This document shows positions 1 through 16,937 of a DNA stretch of 64,000 bases, in pieces. Source of the stretch: Bradymonadia bacterium (GTDB taxonomy: Bacteria; Myxococcota_A; Bradymonadia; UBA7976; UBA1532). Positions within the stretch are counted from its first letter, which is position 1. Each line of letters starts with the position of its first letter. The DNA lies in the NCBI GenBank assembly GCA_046290225.1, contig JBKAGE010000078.1, forward strand, positions 256,001 to 320,000. Direction: 5' to 3'. Made by a program: the position numbers and the translations under genes. Below the pieces are notes generated by a model. That model made no database searches and had not been told where the DNA came from. It worked only from the letters and a program-made list of their open reading frames with translations.

Positions 1-584
1 ACGATGCCGGCGAAGATGATGAGGCTCATCCCGTTGCCGATGCCACGCTCGGTGATCTGCTCGCCGAGCCACATGATGAAAGCGGTACCAGCAGCAAGGG
101 TGAGGACGGTCATGAACCGGAACGTGAACGTACCTGGCTCACGGACGACCTGACCACTGCCCCCCTCATTGATGCCCTCGAGGAAGAAGGCGATGAAGAG
201 GCCCTGCACGATGGCGAGACCAATGGTGGAGTATCGCGTCCACTGATTGATCTTCTTACGCCCCTGCTCGCCCTCTTTGTTGAGACGGTCGAGAGTGGGC
301 ACGACCACGGTGAGCAGCTGGAAGATGATGGAGGCAGAGATGTAGGGCATGATGCCCAGTGCGAACACGCTCAACTGTTCAATGGCACCGCCGCTGAACA
401 TGTTGAACAGGCCAAGGAAGCCACCGCTCCCCTGACCCACGTTCATGAAGTCTGCCATCTTCTCGCGATCAACACCTGGCAGGGTAATGAATACGCCGAT
501 CCGATAGACGGCGAGCATGGAAAGCGTAAATAGAATCCGCTTCCGGAGCTCGGGGATTCGGAAGATGTTGATCAGGGTTTCCAC
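1..584 (-). CDS. secY: Preprotein translocase subunit SecY (5' part; runs off the window)
   Basis: Manual translation from GTG at 584: [39 protein letters not shown]...[32 protein letters not shown]; follows rplO as in the spc operon. Not in the ORF track because it is truncated. Confidence 0.97.
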   Translation of the reverse strand, partial: METLINIFRIPELRKRILFTLSMLAVYRIGVFITLPGVDREKMADFMNVGQGSGGFLGLFNMFSGGAIEQLSVFALGIMPYISASIIFQLLTVVVPTLDRLNKEGEQGRKKINQWTRYSTIGLAIVQGLFIAFFLEGINEGGSGQVVREPGTFTFRFMTVLTLAAGTAFIMWLGEQITERGIGNGMSLIIFAGI

Positions 585-597
585 TCGATGCCGCCTT

Positions 598-1047
598 TCA
601 GCTGCCGAGGATCTCTACAGTCCCGCCGGCGCTCTCGATCTTTTGCACCGCGGACTTGCTGAACTTATGGGCCTTGACGGTGAGAGAGACGCTGATCTCC
701 CCATCACCAAGGATCTTGAGGGCAGTGGCCCGCTTCTTGATGAGCCCGCGAGTCCGCAGGAACTCCTCGTCAACGATGGTGCCCGCCTCGAAGTTGGCAA
801 GGGCGCCGACGTTGATGATGGCGATTTCCTCGCGGCTACGGCTCACGAAGCCTCGCTTGGGCAGACGACGGGCGAGGGGCATCTGGCCACCCTCGAAACC
901 ACGCGCCGGACCACCACCGCTACGGGACTTCTGCCCCTTCATACCGCGGCCAGCGGTCTTGCCCCAGCCGGAGGACTCGCCTCGGCCGATGCGCTTCTTC
1001 TTACGAACTGCCCCTTCGGCAGGGGTCAGGTTGCTCAGCTCATTCAT
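598..1047 (-). CDS. rplO: 50S ribosomal protein L15
   Basis: [26 protein letters not shown] and FEGGQMPL motifs. Confidence 0.98.
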   Translation of the reverse strand: MNELSNLTPAEGAVRKKKRIGRGESSGWGKTAGRGMKGQKSRSGGGPARGFEGGQMPLARRLPKRGFVSRSREEIAIINVGALANFEAGTIVDEEFLRTRGLIKKRATALKILGDGEISVSLTVKAHKFSKSAVQKIESAGGTVEILGS

Positions 1048-1050
1048 GGC

Positions 1051-1233
1051 TCACTCCCCTACCGATTCCCACTCGACCAGGTGGCTGACCTTGTTGATCA
1101 TGCCCCGAACGGCGGGGTTGTCGGGCAGAACTCGTGATGAGTTCAAACGGCCAAGGCCCAGACCCTTAAGGACATCACGGTGACGCTGAGGACGACCGAT
1201 GGGGCTCTTGCGCAAGGTAACTTTGATCTTCAT
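1051..1233 (-). CDS. rpmD: 50S ribosomal protein L30
   Basis: [15 protein letters not shown]...LGLGRLN...[16 protein letters not shown]; start reassigned to ATG 1233 after a GAGGAG RBS. Confidence 0.96.
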   Translation of the reverse strand: MKIKVTLRKSPIGRPQRHRDVLKGLGLGRLNSSRVLPDNPAVRGMINKVSHLVEWESVGE

Positions 1234-1243
1234 GGTACGCTCC

Positions 1244-1756
1244 TCACTCCGGGACGTTGTGCCCGATGTCCTCGACGGACAGGCCACGCTTGGAGGCGGT
1301 GCGCTCCACGGAAACGAGGTGCTGCAGCGCGTTGACAGTGGCGTGGACCATGTTGTGAGGGTTGTTGCTCCCCAGCGACTTGGTCAGCACGTTGTGCACG
1401 CCGGCAGCCTCGAGGACGGCACGGACAGCACCACCGGCGATCACACCGGTACCACCACTGGCAGGGCGCAGAAGCACCCGCCCGGCACCGAAGTGGCCGA
1501 GGATGTCGTGAGGGATGGTCCCGTGAATCAAGGGGACGTCGAACATGGCCTTGCGGGCACGCTCGTTGCCCTTGCGGATCGCTTCGGGCACCTCGTTGGC
1601 CTTACCAAGACCAACGCCCACTCGACCCTGACCATTCCCAACGACGACGAGGGCGCTGAAGCTGAACCGCCGGCCGCCCTTGACCACCTTGGCCACTCGG
1701 TTGATGCTGATGACCTTGTCGATCAGCTCTTCTTCATTCGTGTTCGCCACGGCCAA
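1244..1756 (-). CDS. rpsE: 30S ribosomal protein S5
   Basis: [23 protein letters not shown] motif; start may be GTG 1750. Confidence 0.98.
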   Translation of the reverse strand: MAVANTNEEELIDKVISINRVAKVVKGGRRFSFSALVVVGNGQGRVGVGLGKANEVPEAIRKGNERARKAMFDVPLIHGTIPHDILGHFGAGRVLLRPASGGTGVIAGGAVRAVLEAAGVHNVLTKSLGSNNPHNMVHATVNALQHLVSVERTASKRGLSVEDIGHNVPE

Positions 1757-1844
1757 TTTTTAGCTCCCAGGCGGGCAACAGCCGCACATAAATAAAACGA
1801 ACGCGCTCAAACGTCGCCGACATGCGTCGTGCGATGGAGCGCGG

Positions 1845-1880
1845 AGTTTTAACTTCAGACCCTCCAGGTGTCAACACCTG
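1845..1880 (-). promoter_or_regulatory. Candidate internal sigma70-type promoter upstream of rpsE, with a palindrome over its -35
   Basis: Minus strand TTGACA-N17-TAAAAC(T); CAGGTGT-CA-ACACCTG palindrome (1865-1880) spans the -35. Confidence 0.5.
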
Positions 1881-1890
1881 ACCGGCCAAC

Positions 1891-2259
1891 TTAGAATACG
1901 AGACCAGCTTCCCGGGCGGCGTCCGCGAGGACCTTCACGCGCCCGTGGTAGATGAACCCGTTGCGGTCAAAGACCACGGTTTCGATATTCTGAGCCCGAC
2001 ACTTGTCAGCGATCAGACGCCCAACCAAACCGGCCATCTCGGACTTCTTCTTCCCCTCACGCTGATCGCGAATCTCGGGGGTCAGAGTCGACGCCGCGGC
2101 CAGGGTACGGCCGGTGGTGTCATCGATGACCTGGGCATAGATGTGCTGACTCGAGCGGAAGACGCTCAGCCGAGGACGCTCGGTGCTGCCGCTGATCCGC
2201 TTGCGAATCGAACGCTTGCGCCGAAGGCGGCCCTGCAGTTTGGGATCGGTACGACCCAT
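1891..2259 (-). CDS. rplR: 50S ribosomal protein L18
   Basis: [20 protein letters not shown] and [26 protein letters not shown] motifs. Confidence 0.98.
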   Translation of the reverse strand: MGRTDPKLQGRLRRKRSIRKRISGSTERPRLSVFRSSQHIYAQVIDDTTGRTLAAASTLTPEIRDQREGKKKSEMAGLVGRLIADKCRAQNIETVVFDRNGFIYHGRVKVLADAAREAGLVF

Positions 2260-2286
2260 TGTCTGATCTCCCTCGCCTCAACGACC

Positions 2287-2826
2287 TCAGCGGCCGCCAG
2301 ACTTGCCTTCTTTACGCCGGATAACTTCGTCGGAGTACTTCACGCCCTTGCCCTTGTAGGGCTCGGGGGGCCGGAAGCCGCGAATGACGGCGGCGGCCTG
2401 GCCCACCTTCTGGCGATCGATACCATTCACGGAAACGCGGGTTGCGCTCTCGATCTTGGCGTCGAGGCCCTCGGGCACTTCGTAATAGATGGGGTGGCTG
2501 TAGCCAAGCGAGAAGACGAGGTACTCCTTCTTCTGCTCGACCTTGTAACCCACGCCCACGATGTCCAGGGACTTGGTGTAGCCCTTGCTCACACCCTCAA
2601 CCATGTTGTTGATGAGGCTGCGTGCGAGGCCGTGCATGGCCTTGGCGGTCCGCTCCTCGGAGGCCCGCTTCACCACGACGTTACCGTCGTCGATGCTGAC
2701 GTCGACCTTGGGCGGAATAGGCCGGCTGAGGGTGCCCTTGGGCCCCTTCACCGTAATGTTGCCGCCAGAGGTCTCCACGGTCACCCCACCAGGGATAACC
2801 ACCGGCAATTTGCCGATACGGGACAT
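2287..2826 (-). CDS. rplF: 50S ribosomal protein L6
   Basis: MSRIGKLP...RPPEPYKGKGVKY. Confidence 0.98.
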   Translation of the reverse strand: MSRIGKLPVVIPGGVTVETSGGNITVKGPKGTLSRPIPPKVDVSIDDGNVVVKRASEERTAKAMHGLARSLINNMVEGVSKGYTKSLDIVGVGYKVEQKKEYLVFSLGYSHPIYYEVPEGLDAKIESATRVSVNGIDRQKVGQAAAVIRGFRPPEPYKGKGVKYSDEVIRRKEGKSGGR

Positions 2827-2899
2827 GATGGTCTCCTATCTTTGGATACTGGCAGTGACGGCAGGCTCGGCCCGACCGCCTCAAATCACCAAGTTGTCT

Positions 2900-3298
2900 T
2901 CACCACACCGAGCAGAGGTGCTCACCACCAATTTGGAGGGAGCGAGCCTGCTTGTCGGACATCACACCCCGAGAGGTGGACAAGATGGCGATGCCAAGGC
3001 CATTCCGCACGCGCGGGAGGCCACGATGCTTGACATAGATACGCTGGCCAGGACGTGACACACGCTTCAAGCCGGTGATGACTGAGGCGTTCTCAGGCGT
3101 GTACTTCAGGAAGATGCAAATCTGATCCTGAACGCCGTCCTTCACGATCTTGAAGTTACGCACGAAACCCTCCTCACGGAGGATGTTCACGATGCGCAGC
3201 TTCAAGTTGGACGCTGGGACGAATACCTTGTCGTGCCGCACGGCTGAAGCGTTGCGAATACGAGTCAAGAGGTCCGCAATCGGGTCGGTCATCCCCAC
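2900..3298 (-). CDS. rpsH: 30S ribosomal protein S8
   Basis: [15 protein letters not shown]...[14 protein letters not shown]...GGEHLCSVW. Confidence 0.98.
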   Translation of the reverse strand: MGMTDPIADLLTRIRNASAVRHDKVFVPASNLKLRIVNILREEGFVRNFKIVKDGVQDQICIFLKYTPENASVITGLKRVSRPGQRIYVKHRGLPRVRNGLGIAILSTSRGVMSDKQARSLQIGGEHLCSVW

Positions 3299-3365
3299 GG
3301 AACTTCCCCTTGTAGCATTAGGCGTGAGCCCTGAGGCCCAAACCTGTGAAACGTTTCAAAACGGA

Positions 3366-3925
<560 letters not shown>

Positions 3926-3929
<4 letters not shown>

Positions 3930-4303
3930 CGGAACACCTCACCGGTCCGGGCGCAGTACCGGACCTTCTTGATCGTGCCGTCTTGCTGGCCGCCGAAGCT
4001 GGCCAGCGCCTCTTTCTTGGAGGCAAACAGCGCGCCTTCCTTGCCCTCGTAACGGTACCCGAGACGCACGCCACGGCCCGCCTCTTCGGAATATACGAGA
4101 ACGTTGGAGGCGTGAATGCCTGCCTCTTTCTCAATGATGCCCGACTCTTCGTTGGCCACGTTCTGTCGCTGGTGGCGCTTGACGATGTTCAGGCCTTCTA
4201 CATAGACGCGGTTCCGCCGGTGATCGACCCGAATAACGGTCCCGATCTTGCCCTTCTCTTTGCCGGCGGTCACCTGGACCTTGTCGTTGGTCTTGATGTG
4301 CAT
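3926..4303 (-). CDS. rplX: 50S ribosomal protein L24 (with C-terminal insertion)
   Basis: KOW-like [37 protein letters not shown]; position after rplN. Confidence 0.96.
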
Positions 4304-4341
4304 ATTGATACCTCGACCTCGGGGCAGACTCAGTGAGCCGC

Positions 4342-4710
4342 TCAGAGAACCTCTGGGGCCAGCGAAACGATCTTCATAAACTTCTTGGCGCGCAGCTCGC
4401 GAGCTACAGGGCCGAAGATACGGGTACCGACGGGCTCGTTCGAGTTGTCGATGAGCACGGCGGAGTTCTCATCGAACTTGATGTACGACCCGTCGACTCG
4501 GCGCACCTCTTTCTTGGTGCGCACGATCACTGCCCGCTTCACCTGGCCCTTCTTGACCTTGGAGTTGGGCAGCGCCTCTTTGACGGCCACGACGACGATG
4601 TCGCCGATGGAAGCCACCCGACGCTTGGAGCCCCCGAGCACCTTGATGCACTGGAGCTTCTTGGCACCGGAGTTGTCGGCGGCGGTCATCACGCTCTGCA
4701 TCTGGATCAT
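4342..4710 (-). CDS. rplN: 50S ribosomal protein L14
   Basis: ADNSGAKK...[13 protein letters not shown]...IVSLAPEVL. Confidence 0.99.
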   Translation of the reverse strand: MIQMQSVMTAADNSGAKKLQCIKVLGGSKRRVASIGDIVVVAVKEALPNSKVKKGQVKRAVIVRTKKEVRRVDGSYIKFDENSAVLIDNSNEPVGTRIFGPVARELRAKKFMKIVSLAPEVL

Positions 4711-4748
4711 GGTCTGATCTCCTTATAAAGCTGATGGGTGGTCTGAAA

Positions 4749-5060
4749 TCAGACCACCACCGCCCGGGTCTTGATGGACTGAAGACGCCAACGCTTCTCG
4801 CGGCTCATGGGACGGCACTCCTCGATGAGGACGGTGTCGCCGGTACGGGCCTCGTTGCGCTCGTCGTGGGCTTTGTACTTCACCCGCTGACGGACGTACT
4901 TCTTGTAGACAGGGTGACGCACCATGCGCACGGTCTGCACGACGATGGTCTTCTCCATCTTGTCGCTGACCACGACGCCCTCGCGCACCTTACGGTGGCC
5001 CCGAGTACGGGTGGTGTCGGCGGCAGCGCCTGCCTCTTCCTTGTTCACAACGTCAGTCAT
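4749..5060 (-). CDS. rpsQ: 30S ribosomal protein S17
   Basis: GVVVSDKMEKTIVV...HPVYKKY...YKAHDE...ECRPMSREKRW. Confidence 0.98.
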   Translation of the reverse strand: MTDVVNKEEAGAAADTTRTRGHRKVREGVVVSDKMEKTIVVQTVRMVRHPVYKKYVRQRVKYKAHDERNEARTGDTVLIEECRPMSREKRWRLQSIKTRAVVV

Positions 5061-5072
5061 GTCAAAATCCCG

Positions 5073-5279
5073 TTACTTGTCGGCCTGTTGGGCAAGCTCG
5101 CGCTCACGGATCACGGTCTCGACGCGGGCGATGTCTCGCCGCGTGACGCGGATCTCAGCGGTGTTGAGCAGCTGGCCAGTGTAATGCTTAAAACGCAGGT
5201 CGAAGCTCTGGCGACGCAGCTCGGCGCTGAGCGCCTTGAGCTCGTCGACCGACTTCTCCCTCAAATCTTTGGCCTTCAT
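5073..5279 (-). CDS. rpmC: 50S ribosomal protein L29
   Basis: ELR...FDLRF...TGQL.NTAEIR..RRDIARVET; canonical position. Confidence 0.97.
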   Translation of the reverse strand: MKAKDLREKSVDELKALSAELRRQSFDLRFKHYTGQLLNTAEIRVTRRDIARVETVIRERELAQQADK

Positions 5280-5280
5280 G

Positions 5281-5691
5281 TCACTGACCTCTCATCAGGA
5301 AACGGGTCTTGACGGGCAGCTTGTGGGCGGCGAGCCGGAAAGCCTCACGGGCGAGCTCTTCGCTGACGCCCTCCATCTCATACATGACGCGGCCAGGGCG
5401 AATCATGACCACCCAGTGGTCCACAGCACCCTTACCTTTACCCATCCGGGTCTCAGCGGGCTTCTTGCTGATCGGCTTGTCGGGAAACACCCGAATCCAG
5501 ATCTTGCCGGTACGCTTGACGTGACGGGTCATCGCGATACGGGCAGCCTCGATCTGGCGAGCGGTGACTCGACCATGGGACAACGCCTGCAGCCCGAACT
5601 CCCCGAAGTGGACATCGGTACCGCCCTTGGCGAGGCCCCTCAAGCGGCCCTTTTGCTGCTTACGAAATTTGGTTCTCTTCGGGGACAGCAT
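5281..5691 (-). CDS. rplP: 50S ribosomal protein L16
   Basis: [13 protein letters not shown]...[12 protein letters not shown]. Confidence 0.99.
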   Translation of the reverse strand: MLSPKRTKFRKQQKGRLRGLAKGGTDVHFGEFGLQALSHGRVTARQIEAARIAMTRHVKRTGKIWIRVFPDKPISKKPAETRMGKGKGAVDHWVVMIRPGRVMYEMEGVSEELAREAFRLAAHKLPVKTRFLMRGQ

Positions 5692-5755
5692 TGTCTCTCT
5701 CCCGCAGTGTCAGGGAATCCCCTGCACTTTCGTGTGATAAACCGCTCGAGGTGAG

Positions 5756-6406
5756 TCAGCGACGTGCGCCGGCTTCCTTGTCCTCGAGAACCTCGCCTTT
5801 GAAAATCCAGCACTTGATGCCAATGACCCCGTAGGTGGTCCTGGCAATGGCGGTGCCGTAGTCGATGTCGGCGCGAAGAGTGTGCAACGGCACCCGGCCG
5901 TCGCGGTACCACTCGTACCGACCCATCTCGGCGCCGCCGAGCCGCCCGGAGGCGGAGATACGGAAGCCCTTGGCGCCGAACTTCATGCCCGTCTGCATGG
6001 CCTTCTTGAGGGCCCGACGGAATGCGACGCGACGCACGAGCTGTGCGGCGACGTTCTCGGCGACGAGGGTGGCGTCGAGCTCGGCCTTGCGGACCTCCTG
6101 GATGTTCAGGAAGATCTCGCCGGCAACGAGCTTGCTCACGTCACGCTTGAGCTCATCGACCCCAGCGCCACGCTTGCCGATCACGATGCCAGGCCGGGCG
6201 GTGAAGATGTTGATCTTCACCTTGTTGGCCATGCGCTCGATCTCGATCTTCGAGATGCCGGCGTGCATGAGTTTCTTCTTGATGAAGCGACGCAGCTTGA
6301 TGTCCTCGTGGAGCCAATCAGCGTAACGCTTCTCTTCGTACCACTTGGACTTCCAGCCCTTGATGACCCCGAGACGGAAGCCAATCGGATGAGTTTTCTG
6401 GCCCAT
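5756..6406 (-). CDS. rpsC: 30S ribosomal protein S3
   Basis: [13 protein letters not shown]...[14 protein letters not shown]. Confidence 0.99.
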   Translation of the reverse strand: MGQKTHPIGFRLGVIKGWKSKWYEEKRYADWLHEDIKLRRFIKKKLMHAGISKIEIERMANKVKINIFTARPGIVIGKRGAGVDELKRDVSKLVAGEIFLNIQEVRKAELDATLVAENVAAQLVRRVAFRRALKKAMQTGMKFGAKGFRISASGRLGGAEMGRYEWYRDGRVPLHTLRADIDYGTAIARTTYGVIGIKCWIFKGEVLEDKEAGARR

Positions 6407-6420
6407 CGGTTAAACCTCTC

Positions 6421-6747
6421 TCAGTCCACCACGCCGAGCACGCAGGTCACGTGGCTCGTCATCTTGTTGATCCGGGTCGCCCGGCCCATGGCCCGGGGAC
6501 GGAAGCGACGAAGGGTCGGGCCCTCGTCGACGAAGATTTCCTTGACGAACAAGGCGTCGGGATCGACGCCGGCGTTCTCAGCGTTGCTGGCGGCGCTCTC
6601 AATGAGCTTGCGCACCGGCTCGCTGGCCGCACGATGGGTGAACGTCAAGATGTTCACGGCCTCGGCGAGGGACTTGCCCCGGACGAGGTTTACGACCAGC
6701 CGAGTCTTGCGAGGGCTGACTCGGAGGTATCGAAGCTTAGCCTTCAT
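6421..6747 (-). CDS. rplV: 50S ribosomal protein L22
   Basis: [10 protein letters not shown]...SAASNAEN...[18 protein letters not shown]; start reassigned to ATG 6747. Confidence 0.97.
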   Translation of the reverse strand: MKAKLRYLRVSPRKTRLVVNLVRGKSLAEAVNILTFTHRAASEPVRKLIESAASNAENAGVDPDALFVKEIFVDEGPTLRRFRPRAMGRATRINKMTSHVTCVLGVVD

Positions 6748-6760
6748 CGGGTCATCTCCC

Positions 6761-7039
6761 TCAGCGCCGCTTGGACTTCTTATCGGCCATGTGGCCGTAG
6801 TAAGTCCGGGTGGGCGAGAACTCGCCAAGCTTGTGACCAACCATGTTCTCGGTGACGAACACCGGGATGAACTTGCGGCCATTGTGCACGGCGAAGGTGT
6901 GGCCGAGGAACTCAGGCAGAATCGTACTGCGCCGAGACCAGGTCTTGATCACCTTTTTGGAGCCCGACTCGTTCATCTGCATCACCTTGTCCATGAGGTG
7001 ATGGTCGACGAAGGGCCCCTTGCGAATTGAACGTGGCAT
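6761..7039 (-). CDS. rpsS: 30S ribosomal protein S19
   Basis: [10 protein letters not shown]...[10 protein letters not shown]...[13 protein letters not shown]. Confidence 0.99.
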   Translation of the reverse strand: MPRSIRKGPFVDHHLMDKVMQMNESGSKKVIKTWSRRSTILPEFLGHTFAVHNGRKFIPVFVTENMVGHKLGEFSPTRTYYGHMADKKSKRR

Positions 7040-7053
7040 CGTCTACCCCTTCC

Positions 7054-7881
7054 TCACTTCTTGCCGCGGCGCTTGACGATCATGTTGTCGGTACGGTGGT
7101 TCCGGCGGGTCTTCTTGCCCTTGGTCGGCACACCCCAAGGCGAAACGGGGTGACGACCACCGGAGGTCCGACCCTCACCACCACCGTGGGGGTGATCGAC
7201 GGGGTTCATGGCCACACCGCGAACGGCGGGGCGCTTGCCGAGCCAGCGTGAGCGACCGGCCTTGCCGAGCCGCACGTTGCCGTGCTCTTCGTTGCCCACC
7301 TGGCCAACAGTGGCCCGGCAGTTGAGGTGCACGCGGCGGACCTCACCGGAGGGCAGACGGAGCTGGCTCCAGTCACCCTCTTTGGCGAGGATCTGAGCGG
7401 AAGCACCAGCGGCACGGCACATACGAGCGCCGGCGCCGATCTTCAGCTCGACCGCGTGAATCAGCGTACCCACGGGGATGTTCCGGATGGGCAGGCTGTT
7501 ACCAGGCTTGATGTCAGCACCACGGCTGGAGACGACGACGTCACCGGCCTTGAGGCCCTTGGGAGCCAGGATGTAGCGCTTCTCGCCATCGACGTAGTGG
7601 AGCAGAGCGATACGCGCGCTGCGGTTGGGATCGTACTCGATGGTGGCCACGTGGGCCTCGACACCGTACTTGTCCCGCTTGAAGTCGATGATGCGGTAAC
7701 GACGCTTGTGACCGCCGCCACGACGACGGGCGGTGATGCGACCGTAGACGTTGCGACCTGCCTTCTTGCGCAGGGCCGACGTGAGCTTCTTCAAGGGACC
7801 GTTGCTGGCGGTCTCCGAGAAATCGCTCACGGACATGGCCCGGCGACCGGCAGAAGTCGGCTTGTACTTCTTGGTAGCCAT
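7054..7881 (-). CDS. rplB: 50S ribosomal protein L2
   Basis: [13 protein letters not shown] and [18 protein letters not shown]. Confidence 0.99.
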   Translation of the reverse strand: MATKKYKPTSAGRRAMSVSDFSETASNGPLKKLTSALRKKAGRNVYGRITARRRGGGHKRRYRIIDFKRDKYGVEAHVATIEYDPNRSARIALLHYVDGEKRYILAPKGLKAGDVVVSSRGADIKPGNSLPIRNIPVGTLIHAVELKIGAGARMCRAAGASAQILAKEGDWSQLRLPSGEVRRVHLNCRATVGQVGNEEHGNVRLGKAGRSRWLGKRPAVRGVAMNPVDHPHGGGEGRTSGGRHPVSPWGVPTKGKKTRRNHRTDNMIVKRRGKK

Positions 7882-7887
7882 CGCTGC

Positions 7888-8244
7888 TTACTCCGTCGCC
7901 TCGTCGATGGGGGCGTCGAACTCGCCCATCCCGTCCACGTCTTCCAGGTCATCGAGGCCTTCGAAGAACTCCACCTCGGAGCCCTCGGCGAGGGTGACGA
8001 TGGCCTTCTTCCACCCGGTGCGGTAACCCATGCTACGGCCGACGCGCTTGGGCTTGCCGCGGTAGATCATGGTGTTGACCGACTCGACCTTGACGTCGAG
8101 CAGCTGCTCGACGGCCTGGCGGATCTCGATCTTGTTGGCATCTTTGCGGACCACGAAGGCCACCTGGTTGGTGTCTTCCTTCTGAGCCGTGGTCTTCTCG
8201 GTGATCAGCGGCCGCCGCAGGATGCTGTGGATATCTTTCTTCAT
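7888..8244 (-). CDS. rplW: 50S ribosomal protein L23 (acidic C-terminal extension)
   Basis: PLITEK...ANKIEIRQAVE...V.V.SVNT...WKKAIVTL. Confidence 0.97.
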   Translation of the reverse strand: MKKDIHSILRRPLITEKTTAQKEDTNQVAFVVRKDANKIEIRQAVEQLLDVKVESVNTMIYRGKPKRVGRSMGYRTGWKKAIVTLAEGSEVEFFEGLDDLEDVDGMGEFDAPIDEATE

Positions 8245-8861
8245 TTGCCCAACACTCCCTCGATGCGCCGCACTGCGGGCTCGGTGAGCACCACATAGTT
8301 GTGCTTGAGCACATCAAACAGGTTCAGCCCCTCAACCGGCAGGTACTTGACCCGGGGGAGGTTGCGGACCGACAGCTGCAGCTCGTTGTTGGGGCCGTCG
8401 ATGACCACGGCGTTGCCGTTGGTCAGCGCACCCATCACCTTGGCGGCGGTCTTGGTCTTGATCTCACCGAGGGTGAGATCCTGAACCACCACGAGGTGAC
8501 CCTCCTGAACGCGACGGCTCAGAGCGGAACGAAGAGCGGCCTTGCGCACCTTCTTGTTGATGGGGAAGGCGTGCGAACGGGGCTGAGGCCCGTGCACGAC
8601 ACCACCACCGACAAACTGGGGTGCGCGGCGGGTGCCTTGACGTGCACGACCGGTGCCCTTCTGACGGTAGGGCTTGGCCCCACCACCCGCCACCTGGGAT
8701 CGACCCTTGGTGGCGTGGGTACCAGCGCGCCGCTTGGCGAGCTGCCACTTGATGACTTCATAAAAGAGGTGCTCTTTGACCTCGGTGTTGAACACCGAAT
8801 CGGAGACCTCAATCTCTCCGACCTGCTGCTTGGTCAGGTCGTATACCGGGAGCGTAGCCAT
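8241..8861 (-). CDS. rplD: 50S ribosomal protein L4
   Basis: [14 protein letters not shown]...[11 protein letters not shown]. Confidence 0.98.
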   Translation of the reverse strand: MATLPVYDLTKQQVGEIEVSDSVFNTEVKEHLFYEVIKWQLAKRRAGTHATKGRSQVAGGGAKPYRQKGTGRARQGTRRAPQFVGGGVVHGPQPRSHAFPINKKVRKAALRSALSRRVQEGHLVVVQDLTLGEIKTKTAAKVMGALTNGNAVVIDGPNNELQLSVRNLPRVKYLPVEGLNLFDVLKHNYVVLTEPAVRRIEGVLGK

Positions 8862-8874
8862 TGATAAAAGCTCC

Positions 8875-9180
8875 TCAGGACTTCAGCTCGACGTTCACCC
8901 CAGCAGACAGGTCGAGCTTCATCAGCGCGTCCAGGGTCTGCGGAGTGGGCTCCAAGATATCGAGCAGTCGCTTGTGCGTGCGGATCTCGAACTGCTCCCG
9001 GCTCTTCTTGTCGACGTGGGGGCCTCTCAACACGGTGTAGCGGCTGATCGCGGTGGGGAGAGGAATCGGCCCCGCCACCTTGGCCCCGGTGCGCCGCGCA
9101 ATGTCGACGATCTCGGAGGCCGACTGATCGAGCAGCTTGTGATCGTAAGCCTTCAGCCGGATACGGATCTTCTGACTCAT
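8875..9180 (-). CDS. rpsJ: 30S ribosomal protein S10
   Basis: [10 protein letters not shown]...GPIPLPT...[19 protein letters not shown]. Confidence 0.99.
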   Translation of the reverse strand: MSQKIRIRLKAYDHKLLDQSASEIVDIARRTGAKVAGPIPLPTAISRYTVLRGPHVDKKSREQFEIRTHKRLLDILEPTPQTLDALMKLDLSAGVNVELKS

Positions 9181-9247
9181 GGTCCAGGTCCTATCTAAAC
9201 CGTCTCTCGAAGCCGCCCTTTCTCAAGAGCCGGCTCGACGGATACCC

Positions 9248-11326
<2,079 letters not shown>

Positions 11327-11359
11327 GGAGTGCGTCCTCTAACCTGCTGGAAATGATGC

Positions 11360-11830
11360 TTACCAGCGGTAGTGGGCGAAGGCCTTGTTGGCCTCGGCCA
11401 TCTTGTGCGTGTCTTCGCGCTTCTTCACGGCGTTACCACGACCAGCGGCGGCGTCGAGGAGCTCACCAGCGAGCTTCTCGGCCATGGTCTTCTCGTGGCG
11501 AGACCGGGCGTAGTTGATGATCCACCGGATGCCGAGGGCGGTACGACGCTCGCCACGGATCTCGATCGGCACCTGGTAGGTGGAACCACCGACGCGGCGG
11601 CTCTTGACCTCGAGACTGGGCTTGACGTTGTCGATGGCCTTCTTGAAGAGACGCAGGGGCTCTTCCTTGGAGCGGCGCTCCACGATCTCGAAGGCGTCGT
11701 ACACGATGGCCTCGGCAATCGACTTCTTGCCGCGGGTCATCAGGCAGTTGGTGAACTTGGCAACGAGACGATCCCCGTACTTCGGATCGGGGAGGGTCTT
11801 GCGCTTGGGAACTTCTCTACGGCGAGGCAT
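11360..11830 (-). CDS. rpsG: 30S ribosomal protein S7
   Basis: MPRRREV...[15 protein letters not shown]...[15 protein letters not shown]; start reassigned to ATG 11830. Confidence 0.99.
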   Translation of the reverse strand: MPRRREVPKRKTLPDPKYGDRLVAKFTNCLMTRGKKSIAEAIVYDAFEIVERRSKEEPLRLFKKAIDNVKPSLEVKSRRVGGSTYQVPIEIRGERRTALGIRWIINYARSRHEKTMAEKLAGELLDAAAGRGNAVKKREDTHKMAEANKAFAHYRW

Positions 11831-11840
11831 CTGACCGCTC

Positions 11841-12215
11841 CTACTTCTTGGGGCGCTTGGCGCCGTACTTGGAACGGCCCTGGTTGCGGTTGGAGACGCC
11901 GGTGGCGTCCAAGGTGCCGCGGATGATGTGATAGCGGACACCGGGAAGGTCCTTCACACGACCGCCACGGATGAGCACCACGGAGTGCTCCTGGAGGTTG
12001 TGACCCTCGCCGGGAATGTAACTGGTGACCTCAATCCCATTGGAGAGACGAACACGGGCGACCTTACGAAGGGCCGAGTTCGGCTTCTTGGGGGTTGAGG
12101 TGTATACCCGGACGCACACACCACGCTTCTGCGGGCAGGCCTGCAGCGCGGGAGCGGTGTTCTTCTGGAACTTCCGCTTGCGGCCGTGACGAACCAACTG
12201 GCTGATAGTCGGCAT
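11841..12215 (-). CDS. rpsL: 30S ribosomal protein S12
   Basis: [16 protein letters not shown]...[14 protein letters not shown]. Confidence 0.99.
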   Translation of the reverse strand: MPTISQLVRHGRKRKFQKNTAPALQACPQKRGVCVRVYTSTPKKPNSALRKVARVRLSNGIEVTSYIPGEGHNLQEHSVVLIRGGRVKDLPGVRYHIIRGTLDATGVSNRNQGRSKYGAKRPKK

Positions 12216-12444
12216 GCGTACTCAATCCTCGATAGAACGTGCGCTTTGCATGTCGCAAAGCGCTTCCTAAAACTACGACAACGGATTGCCTACCAGGGGG
12301 GTGTGCAGACGCATGAACGCGCCTGACGCTCGATGGGGCGACCCAACGAATCACCCCCGGTGGTTCGGCTCCGCAGTCAGCGGCCCGCCTTCCGGGTAGT
12401 GATGCCGCCCTTCACGAATGCTACAGGCGGCGAACAGGTGGCGG

Positions 12445-12472
12445 ATTATAAGTGTGAATGCAGAGCAGTCAA
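12445..12472 (-). promoter_or_regulatory. Sigma70-type promoter of the rpsL (str) block
   Basis: Minus strand TTGACT-N16-TATAAT followed by a GC-rich discriminator (CCGCC). Confidence 0.75.
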
Positions 12473-12515
12473 GGAGTTTCTCAATAACGCTGCATTCTCC
12501 GGAAATGTTTAGGTT

Positions 12516-16667
<4,152 letters not shown>

Positions 16668-16857
16668 GCGTGCTCCACTCACCCAGAGGTAAGGCACTCC
16701 CTCTGAGGGGCCTGGCCAGCCACCCCGCCGAGGGAGGTAAAGAAGAGTCTCGAACGCTCGGCCCCCTGCTCCCCTGAGCAAGGGCGGCGGCCGGGCAGGC
16801 CACATCACGTTCGAGTGAGCGCAACAGGTCACCCCATCGCGCTATGCCCATCTACGC

Positions 16858-16890
16858 AAAAAGGCCCGATCACGCAAGGTGACCGGACCT
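16858..16890 (-). terminator. Intrinsic terminator/attenuator between rplL and rpoB
   Basis: Minus strand AGGTCCGGTCAC-CTTGC-GTGATCGGGCCT then T-run; position equivalent to the known rplL-rpoB attenuator. Confidence 0.75.
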
Positions 16891-16937
16891 AAAGGTGTGC
16901 GAAGCCAGCCACAGGCCAGCTACGCAGGTCAAGTGAT

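Noticed and set aside
16668..16832. 55-aa N-terminal extension of RpoB in the ORF track
   Set aside because: Homology starts at [10 protein letters not shown], which has a GGAG RBS; upstream is the rplL-rpoB leader.
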